A stretch of DNA of 54,864 bases from a bacterium (GTDB taxonomy: Bacteria; Bacillota_I; Bacilli_A; RF39; UBA660), in contig JAUNMG010000007.1 in NCBI GenBank assembly GCA_030531905.1, positions 1 through 54,864 on the forward strand. The letters run 5' to 3'. Shown here one piece after another: positions 18,141 to 28,138 of the stretch; position 1 is the stretch's first letter, and each line of letters starts with the position of its first letter. A program made the translations under genes and the position numbers. Below the pieces are notes generated by a model. It did not search any database and was not told the origin of the DNA. It worked only from the letters and a program-made list of their open reading frames with translations.

Positions 18141-20285
18141 ATGAAGAGAAAGAAAAAAACTAGAAATAGTATAAAATATAGTAAGCTATTCATTTTCTCT
18201 TCTCTTTTTTTGTTTGTAGTGATGATAGGAAGAGTAATAGAGTTATCAACATCAAAAACAATTGATGGTGTGAATCTTCAAGAACTAGCTAGTAAAAGAA
18301 CCAGTAAAACAGAAATATTAAAAGCAAAAAGAGGAACAATTTATTCTAGTGATAATGAAGCTTTAGCACTAAATGTTTCTTCTTATAAACTAATAGCCTA
18401 TCTAGATCCAAAAAGAACTGAAAATAAAGATAATCCTCAACATGTTGTAGATAAAGAAAAAACAGCTGAGGCACTTGCACCAATTATTTCTATGGAAAAA
18501 GATGAAGTTTTAAAATATCTTAATAAAGAAGGAATTTATCAAACAGAATTTGGTAGTCATGGTAAAGGTCTTTCTGAATTAGATAAAAAGAAAATAGAAG
18601 ATTTAAACTTACCAGGACTAGATTTTGTTGAAAGTTATAAAAGATATTATCCTAAGGGTCAGTTTTTATCATATACACTTGGATATGCTAAAGCAAGTAG
18701 TGATGATGAAGATGATATTTCAGGTGAGATGGGAATAGAAAAGTATTATGATAAAATCTTAAAAGGTAAAGATGGTTATGTCACATATCAAAAAGATTTA
18801 AAAGGATATAAAATAGCTGATACTAAAGAGTTAAGAGAAGATGCAATTGAAGGAAAAGATATATATTTAACAGTTGATAGTAATATTCAGTTTTTTATAG
18901 AACAAGCCCTAAATAAAGCTAAAGAAGAGTTTGGATATGAATGGTTTACAATGGTAGTAGCAGATGCTAAAACAGGGGCAATTTTAGGACTTGCTTCTTA
19001 TCCATCATTTGATCCTAACTTAAGAAATATGACTAATTATTTAGACCTTACAGTAGCATCAGCGTATGAACCTGGTTCTACTATGAAAACATTTACTTAT
19101 ATGGCAGCTATGGAAAACGGTGTTTATAATGGAAGTGAGGCCTATAAATCAGGTACTTATGAAACAGCTGATGGAACTGTAATTGGTGACTGGAATCGTA
19201 ATGGTTGGGGTATGATAAGTTATGATAAAGGTTATGCTTTATCAAGTAATGTTGGTGTTATTAACTTAATTAAAAATCATATGAATTCAGCTATGTTAAG
19301 ACAATATTTTAGAAAACTTGGATTTGGTTCAAAAACAGGAATATCTTTACCAAATGAAGTAACTGGTACAATGAACTTCAAATACGAAACAGAAATTTAT
19401 AATGCTGGATTTGGTCAAGGAATTACAACAACACCAATGCAAAACATTCAAGCTTTAACGCCACTTACAAGTGATGGAATGTTACTTGAACCATACATAG
19501 TTAAAAAAATTGTAAATCCAACTACTAATGAAGTAGTAATGAAAGGTAAGAAAAACGAAATAGAGCGAGTTGCTTCTTCTACAACAGTTGAAAAGATGAT
19601 CCAGTTAATGGATGATACAGTTAATGGAATAGGCAATACTGGTAGTGGGTATCGTATTGATAGTCATGAACTTATAGGTAAAACTGGTACTGCTCAAATA
19701 GCGGCAGAAAATGGAAGAGGTTATTTAAATGGTAAAAATGATATAATTTCTTCTTTTGCAGGAATATATCCTAAGAGTAATCCTCAAATAATTATTTATG
19801 CTTCTGTAAAAAGACCAAGTAATGGTAGTCAAAAACCAATATCTAATGCTGTAAAAGAAGTTGTTTTGAATACAGGAAAATACTTAGGAACAGAAAAACA
19901 AGCTGCTACAGATCAAGTGATTGAATATAAATTACCATCGTTTATTAATAAGAATTTAGAAAAAGTAAAAACAACTTTAACCAATAATGGTATGAATTAT
20001 CAAATAATTGGGAATGGTACTAAAGTAGTTAAACAATATCCAGCTTTTAAAACAACAGTTACTAATAAGGATAAAATATATTTGATAACTAATGATAATA
20101 ATTATGTAATTCCAAATGTTGTAGGTCTTTCTAGTAAAGAAGCTAAAAGTTTACTTGAAATACTTGGTGTAAAGGTAAAACTAGAAGGTAGCGGTTATGT
20201 AAAGATTCAAAGTATTTCTGAAAATACACCTATAACAGATGGTATGGAAATTGTTTTGAGTTTAGATAAAAAATTTGAAAGTTAG
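18141..20285 (+). CDS. pbpB: Class B penicillin-binding protein (PBP2B/FtsI type) with two PASTA domains
   Basis: RGTIY, RYYP, EPGSTMK (SxxK), SSNVG (SxN), GKTGTAQ (KTG); dcw cluster position. Confidence 0.9.
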   Translation: MKRKKKTRNSIKYSKLFIFSSLFLFVVMIGRVIELSTSKTIDGVNLQELASKRTSKTEILKAKRGTIYSSDNEALALNVSSYKLIAYLDPKRTENKDNPQHVVDKEKTAEALAPIISMEKDEVLKYLNKEGIYQTEFGSHGKGLSELDKKKIEDLNLPGLDFVESYKRYYPKGQFLSYTLGYAKASSDDEDDISGEMGIEKYYDKILKGKDGYVTYQKDLKGYKIADTKELREDAIEGKDIYLTVDSNIQFFIEQALNKAKEEFGYEWFTMVVADAKTGAILGLASYPSFDPNLRNMTNYLDLTVASAYEPGSTMKTFTYMAAMENGVYNGSEAYKSGTYETADGTVIGDWNRNGWGMISYDKGYALSSNVGVINLIKNHMNSAMLRQYFRKLGFGSKTGISLPNEVTGTMNFKYETEIYNAGFGQGITTTPMQNIQALTPLTSDGMLLEPYIVKKIVNPTTNEVVMKGKKNEIERVASSTTVEKMIQLMDDTVNGIGNTGSGYRIDSHELIGKTGTAQIAAENGRGYLNGKNDIISSFAGIYPKSNPQIIIYASVKRPSNGSQKPISNAVKEVVLNTGKYLGTEKQAATDQVIEYKLPSFINKNLEKVKTTLTNNGMNYQIIGNGTKVVKQYPAFKTTVTNKDKIYLITNDNNYVIPNVVGLSSKEAKSLLEILGVKVKLEGSGYVKIQSISENTPITDGMEIVLSLDKKFES

Positions 20286-20849
20286 GTGGAAGAAATGAAT
20301 AAAGATAAAAAATTGTTAATGGGAACAATAATAGGAATTTTAGTATTTATATTAATTGTTATTGTAGTTGTTATAATGAGTTTTAATACAAAAAGTAAAA
20401 ATGTTAAATTAACTACAAATTACAAAGCATTAATAGGAGTAAAATTAGAATCAGATATAATATTAGTAATTAATCAAAAAGATAAAGTTTCTAATATATT
20501 ATTTTTAAATAGTAAAAGTGTTTCAACTTTAGCAAATCAAAAAATAGAAGGAAAGTCATACGACAAAGCAATAGAATTAATAGTTGATAAATTAAAAAAC
20601 AAAGAAGAATTTAATCACTCAAGTAATCTATATTTAATTAAATATGATAATGATTCTATATATAATAAAGTATTAGAACAATTTAATAAACAATTTGTTA
20701 TTTATGGAGTAGATAAAAGTATTGTAGAACAAACTTCAAGTATCAATTTTAAATTAGATGAATTAAAAATTAGTAAAACTGATAATAATATAGATAATTT
20801 AAAGTCATTATATGATTATTCTAAAAAAAATTTAAAAAGTAGTAATTAA
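20286..20849 (+). CDS. Membrane-anchored hypothetical protein, weakly resembling the RsgI-type extracytoplasmic domain
   Basis: N-terminal TM; IILVINQKDKV...N...IEGK...AIELIV pattern; family call is tentative. Confidence 0.5.
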   Translation: MEEMNKDKKLLMGTIIGILVFILIVIVVVIMSFNTKSKNVKLTTNYKALIGVKLESDIILVINQKDKVSNILFLNSKSVSTLANQKIEGKSYDKAIELIVDKLKNKEEFNHSSNLYLIKYDNDSIYNKVLEQFNKQFVIYGVDKSIVEQTSSINFKLDELKISKTDNNIDNLKSLYDYSKKNLKSSN

Positions 20850-21050
20850 AATATTTGGAAGCATTTAGTAATACTATTAAATGCTTTTTTATATAGATAA
20901 TTATTAAAATTTGGCTATTTTTTTAATTTAATTATTAAAATTCATAATTTTACATATAATAATAAATGTTATATTATTAAAAAAAATTTATAAATCTCTT
21001 TTGTTTTTGAAAGATTTATAATATAATTAATATAAGATAGGAGTAAAGTT

Positions 21051-21167
21051 ATGGTAAAGATAGGTTTATGTTTATTTGGTTTTATTATTATTAGTCTATT
21101 GACATTATTTGGATTTTGTTCATTAGTAGTAGCAAAAAAATCAGATGAAAGATTATTAAATAAATAA
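21051..21167 (+). CDS. Small membrane peptide (38 aa), not in ORF track
   Basis: AGGAG RBS, ATG 21051, MVKIGLCLFGFIIISLLTLFGFCSLVVAKKSDERLLNK, stop 21165-21167 directly before the RBS of the next gene. Confidence 0.65.
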   Translation: MVKIGLCLFGFIIISLLTLFGFCSLVVAKKSDERLLNK

Positions 21168-21183
21168 GAAGGAGTTAAGAAAT

Positions 21184-21786
21184 ATGAAAGAAAATAAAAG
21201 TAAAAGTTTATTATTATTAGTAATTGGAATATCTTTAACTGTAGTTGCTGTTGTAGGTGTTACATATGCATGGTTTAGAGTAACTAGAAGTTCTGATACT
21301 ATTAATAAAATTAAAGCAGGAAGCTTAGAAATGACATTAGATGATACTGCAACAGAAGGTATAAAATTACTAAATGAAGTTCCAAGAAGTTATTTACAAG
21401 GAATGAAGACAGAGGAATATACATTTACATTAACAAATACAGGTACAACAACAAATGATTATACAATCTATTTAGATGATGTATTAAATTTTACAAATGA
21501 TGATGGAAATGAAGTAACAATAACAGATGAAAATAAGTTAGAAGATACAAAAATAAGATATATTTTATTAAAAGATGGAGAAAGTGCAGCATCAACAAAA
21601 TCAAAATTATTAAGTAATGCAACAGAAAGAATCATAGATACAGGAAAGATTACAAGTAATCAAACAATAAAATATAGTATGAGAGTTTGGATAGACTCTC
21701 GTGCAGAAAACGAAGTAATGGGAAAAATGTTTAATGCAAAACTTAGAGTAGAAGCAACTCAATCAACAACAACAGTATCACCATAA
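21184..21786 (+). CDS. SipW/TasA-type signal surface protein (short paralog of 5682-7082)
   Basis: GVTYAWF...INKIKAGSLEMTLDD; near-identical to N-terminal domain of 5682 but ends after RVEATQS. Confidence 0.75.
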   Translation: MKENKSKSLLLLVIGISLTVVAVVGVTYAWFRVTRSSDTINKIKAGSLEMTLDDTATEGIKLLNEVPRSYLQGMKTEEYTFTLTNTGTTTNDYTIYLDDVLNFTNDDGNEVTITDENKLEDTKIRYILLKDGESAASTKSKLLSNATERIIDTGKITSNQTIKYSMRVWIDSRAENEVMGKMFNAKLRVEATQSTTTVSP

Positions 21787-21917
21787 CTATAAAAAACTCC
21801 TATGAAAATTAAGATGAATCGTATGATTCTCTTTTTTTTGGATGTTGTAATTGCATTTTTTGGGATTTTGTGATATAATACGTACCTAGAAAGAGGGGGG
21901 GGGAAAAAAAATATTAA

Positions 21918-22340
21918 ATGGAAAAAAAAGAAATGAAAAAAGCGCTTGTCTATACAGGTTTAGGATTGGCTATGGGACTTTCTATACCAACACTTACTAC
22001 TTTTCGTTCAGGTGATAAAGAAATTATTAGAGAATATGATGAAGAAACAGATGAATATGGAGTTATTTATCATGAATCAAAAGAGGATTATGATGATCCA
22101 AGGGAAAAATATACTATTAATAGGGGTTCAACTTATGTTAGTTTTGATGAAGCAGTTACCTCAATTATTGAAGAATGTAGAAATGATGGAATGGACGATG
22201 TAGAAATTGCAATTGGATTAAGAAATATGTTTCATGAGCATAAAGAATTTATTGAGCCATATATTGATACGACTATGTCTGAAAGATTCCAGGCAAGAAT
22301 GGATAAAGTTCCAGCAAAACAATTAGTTAAGAAAAAATAG
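21918..22340 (+). CDS. Hypothetical protein with N-terminal hydrophobic segment and basic C-terminal tail
   Basis: Own sigma-A-like promoter (TTGCAT...TGATATAAT) and downstream hairpin; ends KQLVKKK. Confidence 0.65.
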   Translation: MEKKEMKKALVYTGLGLAMGLSIPTLTTFRSGDKEIIREYDEETDEYGVIYHESKEDYDDPREKYTINRGSTYVSFDEAVTSIIEECRNDGMDDVEIAIGLRNMFHEHKEFIEPYIDTTMSERFQARMDKVPAKQLVKKK

Positions 22341-22572
22341 TTCAAAATAAATAATATTATAAAACACCTTCGAAAGAAGATGTTTTACTATGGCTAAAAA
22401 GGACAAAAATTAAATAAAATAAATCTTGTTATAACAATAAGATATATTAGAAGTAGTTATAAGTATAGAGATAGATGCCTATTTTATAAATTACGAAACT
22501 TAGAAATTAATTTCTTGTCTATTCTTTTTTCTTTTGATATAATTGAAATGAATAAAGATAGGGGAAATAATT

Positions 22573-23223
22573 ATGGCAAAAAAAGCATATCGAGTTAAAA
22601 AGATAAGACCAAATGAAAACTACGTGCAAAAAGAAAGAAAAAAAACAGTTAAGACTGATATAAAAAAGTCTTTTACTAGAGAGATAAGACTATTAATCTT
22701 CTCTATTTTCCTAATGGTTGTTATGACAATGGCCGGTACATATTCTATTTTTAATTCAACAGAAAAGGAAGAAGAATACAACACAATAACAGTTGGTACA
22801 CTAAAAGTTGATTACTTAAAGGATAATACTAATCTGACCTTAAATGGAACAAACCAAATAAGTGATGAAGATGGTTTAAAACTAAAACCATATACTTTTA
22901 AAATAACTAATTTTGGAAGCTTTAATGCTTCATATAAAATTAGAATTGTTGACGATCAAGATATGATTAATGAAGACAAATGTCAGAATAAACTATTACC
23001 TAAATCATTTATTAAAATAAGTATTAATGAAGAAGAACCAGTATTACTTGAAAATTTAAAAAATATAGACTATACGGTGGCAACAGGTACGCTAAATCCT
23101 AAGGGAACAATTGATTATGAAATAAGAATGTGGATAGATGAAGGTAAGACAAAAAAGGATTTAACAAAACATTTTCATACAAAAGTTGTAGTTGATGATG
23201 TTAATTTAAGTACAGCAGGGTAA
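22573..23223 (+). CDS. SipW/TasA-type signal surface protein (distant paralog)
   Basis: AGTYSIF...NTITVGTL...YTFKITN.G...Y.IRMWID, same fold pattern as 5682/21184/35293. Confidence 0.7.
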   Translation: MAKKAYRVKKIRPNENYVQKERKKTVKTDIKKSFTREIRLLIFSIFLMVVMTMAGTYSIFNSTEKEEEYNTITVGTLKVDYLKDNTNLTLNGTNQISDEDGLKLKPYTFKITNFGSFNASYKIRIVDDQDMINEDKCQNKLLPKSFIKISINEEEPVLLENLKNIDYTVATGTLNPKGTIDYEIRMWIDEGKTKKDLTKHFHTKVVVDDVNLSTAG

Positions 23224-23319
23224 GATAGATGCTTTTTTGAGTATCTTTTTTCATGTACATTGACAAACAAATGTTTGTTATAGTATAATCGATATATTGA
23301 AGAAAGTAGGTATATTATT

Positions 23320-23880
23320 ATGTATAATTATATGATTGGAAAAATAACAGAAATTGACTTTAATTCTATTACACTTGAAACTAATGGAATAGGATACTTG
23401 ATATATGTAGCTAATCCATATTCATTTGTGGAAAATAATGAATATAAAGTTTATCTATATCAACAAATAAAAGAAGATGAACATTCTTTATTTGGATTCA
23501 TTAATAAAGAAGAAAAAGAAATGTTTTTAAAACTTATTTCTGTTAAAGGTCTTGGTTGTAAAATGGCTCTACCAATTTTAGCAGCATCAACTCCTTCTGG
23601 AATAATTGATGCAATTGAAAGAGAAAATATTTTGTATTTAAAAAAGTTCCCTAAAATAGGTGATAAATTAGCTCGTCAAATAATACTTGATTTAAAAGGA
23701 AAATTAAACATTAGTGTTAATGAAACTTTAGAAAATGCTAATTCTAATGATGAGTTGAAAGAAGTATTAAAAGGACTAGGATATAAAGAAAAAGAATTTA
23801 AAAATATTATTGGTCAAGTTGATGCTAACTTACCTATAGAACAACAGGTTAAAGAAGCACTAAAGCTACTACTAAAATAG
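23320..23880 (+). CDS. ruvA: Holliday junction branch migration protein RuvA
   Basis: GIGYLIYV, LFGF...EKEMFLKLISVKGLG.K.AL, KIGDKLARQIILDLKGK, L.GLGY. Confidence 0.95.
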   Translation: MYNYMIGKITEIDFNSITLETNGIGYLIYVANPYSFVENNEYKVYLYQQIKEDEHSLFGFINKEEKEMFLKLISVKGLGCKMALPILAASTPSGIIDAIERENILYLKKFPKIGDKLARQIILDLKGKLNISVNETLENANSNDELKEVLKGLGYKEKEFKNIIGQVDANLPIEQQVKEALKLLLK

Positions 23881-23892
23881 GAGGTTACTTAG

Positions 23893-24897
23893 ATGGAAGA
23901 AAGTATAGTTAGAAATGTAGAAGTAGAAGATGATGGCATTTTGGATAATTCAATTAGGCCAGAAGTCTTAGATGAATATATTGGACAAAAAGATGTTAAA
24001 GAAAATATAAAAATATTTATTGAAGCAGCTAAGATTAGAAAAGAACCATTAGATCATGTTTTATTATATGGTCCTCCTGGACTTGGAAAAACAACTCTTG
24101 CTTATATTATTGCCAACGAGATGGGAACAAATATTAAAACAGCAAGTGGTCCAAGTATTGAAAAGGCAGGGGACCTTGCTGCAATTTTATCAACATTAGA
24201 AGCTGGTGATGTGTTATTTATTGATGAAATCCATAGAATTCCAAAATTTATCGAAGAGATATTATATCCAGCTATGGAAGATTTTACTTTAGATATAATT
24301 ATAGGTGGTGAAGGTAGTAGTAAAAGCATAAAAATAGATTTACCACCATTTACTCTTGTAGGAGCAACAACTCGTGCAGGGGATTTGACTTCACCTTTAA
24401 GAGATCGTTTTGGTATTATCTCAAAGTTACAATTTTATACAGATGATGAATTAGAAAAAATAGTTAAAAGAACAGCACGAGTATTAAATACATCAATAGA
24501 AGATGATGCTGCAATGGAACTTGCAAAAAGAAGTAGAGGTACACCAAGAATTGCTAATAGACTCTTAAAAAGAGTTAGAGATTTTGCTTTAGTAACAGGT
24601 GATGGAACAATTACTAAAGAAATTACTAATCATGCCTTAGAGCAACTTAAAGTAGATAAATTTGGTTTAGATGATGTTGATAGACAATTATTACTAACAA
24701 TAATAGAAAAATTTAATGGTGGTCCAGTTGGAGTAGAAGCAATTAGTAGCTCAATAGGTGAAGAAGTAGCGACAATAGAAGACGTTTATGAACCTTATTT
24801 ATTACAAAGAGGTTTATTAAAAAGAACAAATCGTGGACGTGTTGTCACTGAATATGGATATAAGATTTTAGGAATAGATTATTCAAAAGAAAAATAA
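23893..24897 (+). CDS. ruvB: Holliday junction branch migration helicase RuvB
   Basis: [54 protein letters not shown]. Confidence 0.98.
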   Translation: MEESIVRNVEVEDDGILDNSIRPEVLDEYIGQKDVKENIKIFIEAAKIRKEPLDHVLLYGPPGLGKTTLAYIIANEMGTNIKTASGPSIEKAGDLAAILSTLEAGDVLFIDEIHRIPKFIEEILYPAMEDFTLDIIIGGEGSSKSIKIDLPPFTLVGATTRAGDLTSPLRDRFGIISKLQFYTDDELEKIVKRTARVLNTSIEDDAAMELAKRSRGTPRIANRLLKRVRDFALVTGDGTITKEITNHALEQLKVDKFGLDDVDRQLLLTIIEKFNGGPVGVEAISSSIGEEVATIEDVYEPYLLQRGLLKRTNRGRVVTEYGYKILGIDYSKEK

Positions 24898-26612
24898 TCT
24901 ATTTTTTTGCAAAGAGAAAAACAACTAAAAATGTCAAAGATTTATTTACTAAAATAACAAAAAGTGTTAAGATATGTGTCAAAAGTTTTTATCTGTTAGG
25001 TAGGAAAAAGTTAAGTGACATTGTAGAGGAGTATAATAATGAAATTAGATTACAAGACAATTAAGCAATTAGAACCACAACATATTTTGCAAAAAATGTC
25101 ACCAGTATTTGATGATATTTATAAAGAAATAGACTATATGGAAATGTCAAAAGAGGAGTTTTATGATTTAGTATTGAATGATATTATTGAATCTAAAGAA
25201 AAATATAATGGCGATGTTTTGTATGAAAAATATATTAGAACTAAAATAAGTTCATCTCTTACTAAAAAAATAAAAGAATATTTTATGGATCAAGAAAAAA
25301 CTTATGTAATTATAAACAATTATATAAATACTCGTTTAAACTTGGGTGTTACAATTGATGATTCAATTAAAGAAATAAAAAAATTAAATAATTTTTTTAA
25401 TAAATATGATTACATTTCAAATCCAGATGTACTATTAAAAATAACTCAAAATAATAAAAAAATTACGAATATGATAGAGACGATTATTGGCAAGAATAAA
25501 AGTAAAATTACACTTGATGATTTAGAAAAAGATTTTGACAATAGCACAATAGTGTTATTTGAAGTCTATTGTATGTTAAATAATATAACAATAGAGGAAT
25601 TTGCAAAAGATGATATTAACTTAGATGATATTACTTTAACTGATAGTGTAAAATTATACTTAAAGGAGATATCCGCAAGGCCACTTCTTTCAGTAGAAAA
25701 AGAAAGTTAGCTAAGCAAATTTTAAATGGAAATGAGGAAGCTAGAAAAATATTTATTGAAAGTAATTTAAGGTTGGTTGTCAGTATAGCAAAAAAATATA
25801 TTGGTATAGGTTTGTCCTTTTCTGATTTAATTCAAGAAGGTAATTTAGGTTTAATAACTGCTGTTGAAAAATATGATGTAAATAAAGGTTTCAAATTTTC
25901 AACATATGCAACCCATTGGATAAGACAAGCTATTACTAGAGCAATAGCAAATAAGGGAAGAAATGTAAGAGTTCCGGTACATATGTATGAAAAGCTAGGA
26001 ATTTATAAAAGAACAGTTGCCAATTTAGAAACAAGATTAAATAGAAAACCAACATTAAATGAAATAGCAAACGAAATGGGATTATCAATTCCAAAAGTGG
26101 AAAAATTAGATAATCTTCAAATCGATACTATAAGTATGAATGAATTAAAAGGTTATGATAAAGATACTGAATTAGAAAGCCTCATTCCATCATCAAAAGA
26201 AAACCCCGAGGATGTAGTGATAGCAGGCACAATGCAACTTGAAGTGAGAAAGTTATTAGAAGAATGTAACTTAAAACCAAGAGAAATAGAAGTGTTGATG
26301 ATGAGATTTGGATTTGACGATAAAAAACCAATGACTCTTGAAAAGATTGGAAAGAAATTTAATATATCAAGAGGATGGGTGCACCAAATTGAAAAATCAG
26401 CGTTAACGAAACTTAGATGCTCTAAAAATATAAAAAAATTTGCTGAATATATGTATAATCCAGACGAGTCATTAGAAAATATACAACTATTTAGGAAAGA
26501 ATATAGGGAATCAGGAAATAAATTTAAGACATTAAAAATAACTTCAAAAGAAGAGGTGTTAACACCGAAAAATAAAAAAGAAGATAAACTAGCGTCAAGA
26601 AAACATCAAGCA

Positions 26613-26733
26613 ATGAAAAAGTCATTATCTAATTCAAATAACAATATAAAAGAAGAAAGTGAAAAATTTGAAACAAAAGAAGATACTATAAGTAATCAAG
26701 AAAAACAAGAAGAAAAATTACCAACAAAAGAAA
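26613..26733 (+). repeat. ~120-bp imperfect direct repeat (further copies at 26985-27105 and 27764-27884)
   Basis: Encodes [36 protein letters not shown] three times. Confidence 0.85.
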
Positions 26734-26762
26734 TAAATGAAAAGCGTAGTTATTTAGCTACA

Positions 26763-27359
26763 TTAGAAAAAGGAGAAAAAGAAAATATGGCAAGAAAATA
26801 TCAAACAATATATGAATATTTAAACGATTACACAAAAGAACAAATAGATGAAATGTTAGAAAAATTATCAGACGAAGAAAAAGCATTAGTATTAGCTAGA
26901 TATGGTGAAGACTTAAATAATCCGGTATTTGGAAAACTTAGTAAGCAACAAAGAGATAGGTTTTATGGAGCTCTAGTTCCTAAAATGAAAAAACTATTAT
27001 CTAATTCAAATAACAATATAAAAGAAAAAAGTGAAAAAATTGAACCAAAAGAAGATACTATAAGTAATCAAGAAAAGCAAGAAGAAAAATTACCAACAAA
27101 AGAAAATAGTCCTGTAAAAACAAATGTAGAAACTATTACGAAAAGTGATTATATTGAGATGTTAGAATTACTGAAAACACCAATATTTAATAAAATGAAA
27201 GATGTATTAACTATTAAAGAAACAGTAATTATTTCTTTAAAATTTGGGTATATAGATGAAAAATATTTTTCTGATAAAGCAATTGCTGAATTTTTGGGAA
27301 TAGAACAAAATGAAGTTATAGAAATATCGAAAAAAGCATTACTATTGTATAAAGAAAAT
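26763..27359 (+). repeat. ~597-bp near-perfect direct repeat, copy 1
   Basis: Matches 27542-28138 (offset 779) with only a few substitutions; includes an AGGAG RBS and ATG. Confidence 0.92.
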
Positions 27360-27541
27360 ATAAATAAATTTATTGATCATGCGATAGAAGTAATAACAGA
27401 AAATCCTTCAAAATTAATTAAAACAAATCAAAATAAATCAAAACAATCTAGGATATTAAAAGGATAATAAAAGATTAAGTCATGTTTTAAAATAAATGAT
27501 AAAGATTATATAAATAAAACTAAATAACCAATCAGCATTAC

Positions 27542-28138
27542 TTAGAAAAAGGAGAAAAAGAAAATATGGCAGGAAAATATCAAACAATATATGAATATTT
27601 AAACGATTACACAAAAGAACAAATAGATGAAATGTTAGAAAAATTATCAGACGAAGAAAAAGCATTAGTATTAGCTAGATATGGTGAAGACTTAAATAAT
27701 CCGGTATTTGGAAAACTTAGTAAGCAACAAAGAGATAGGTTTTATGGAGCTCTAGTTCCTAAAATGAAAAAACTATTATCTAATTCAAATAACAATATAA
27801 AAGAAAAAAGTGAAAAAATTGAACCAAAAGAAGATACTATAAGTAATCAAGAAAAGCAAGAAGAAAAATTACCAACAAAAGAAAATAGTCCTGTAAAAAC
27901 AAATGTAGAAACTATTACGAAAAGTGATTATATTGAGATGTTAGAATTACTGAAAACACCAATATTTAATAAAATGAAAGATGTATTAACTATTAAAGAA
28001 ACAGTAATTATTTCTTTAAAATTTGGGTATATAGATGAAAAATATTTTTCTAATAAAGCAATTGCTGAATTTTTAGGAATAGAACAAAATGAAGTTATAG
28101 AGATATTGAAAAAAGCATTACTATTGTATAAAGAAAAT
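27542..28138 (+). repeat. ~597-bp near-perfect direct repeat, copy 2
   Basis: Duplicate of 26763-27359; supplies the RBS, start and first ~190 aa of ORF 27566. Confidence 0.92.

Larger units (their letters stand above)
25039..27467 (+). pseudogene. Extra RpoD-like sigma-70 factor with long N- and C-terminal extensions, split by a frameshift at ~25700
   Basis: ORF 25039-25710 ends with region 1.2 ([19 protein letters not shown]); the shifted frame from 25707 continues [31 protein letters not shown]...[19 protein letters not shown]... to 27467. Confidence 0.8.
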
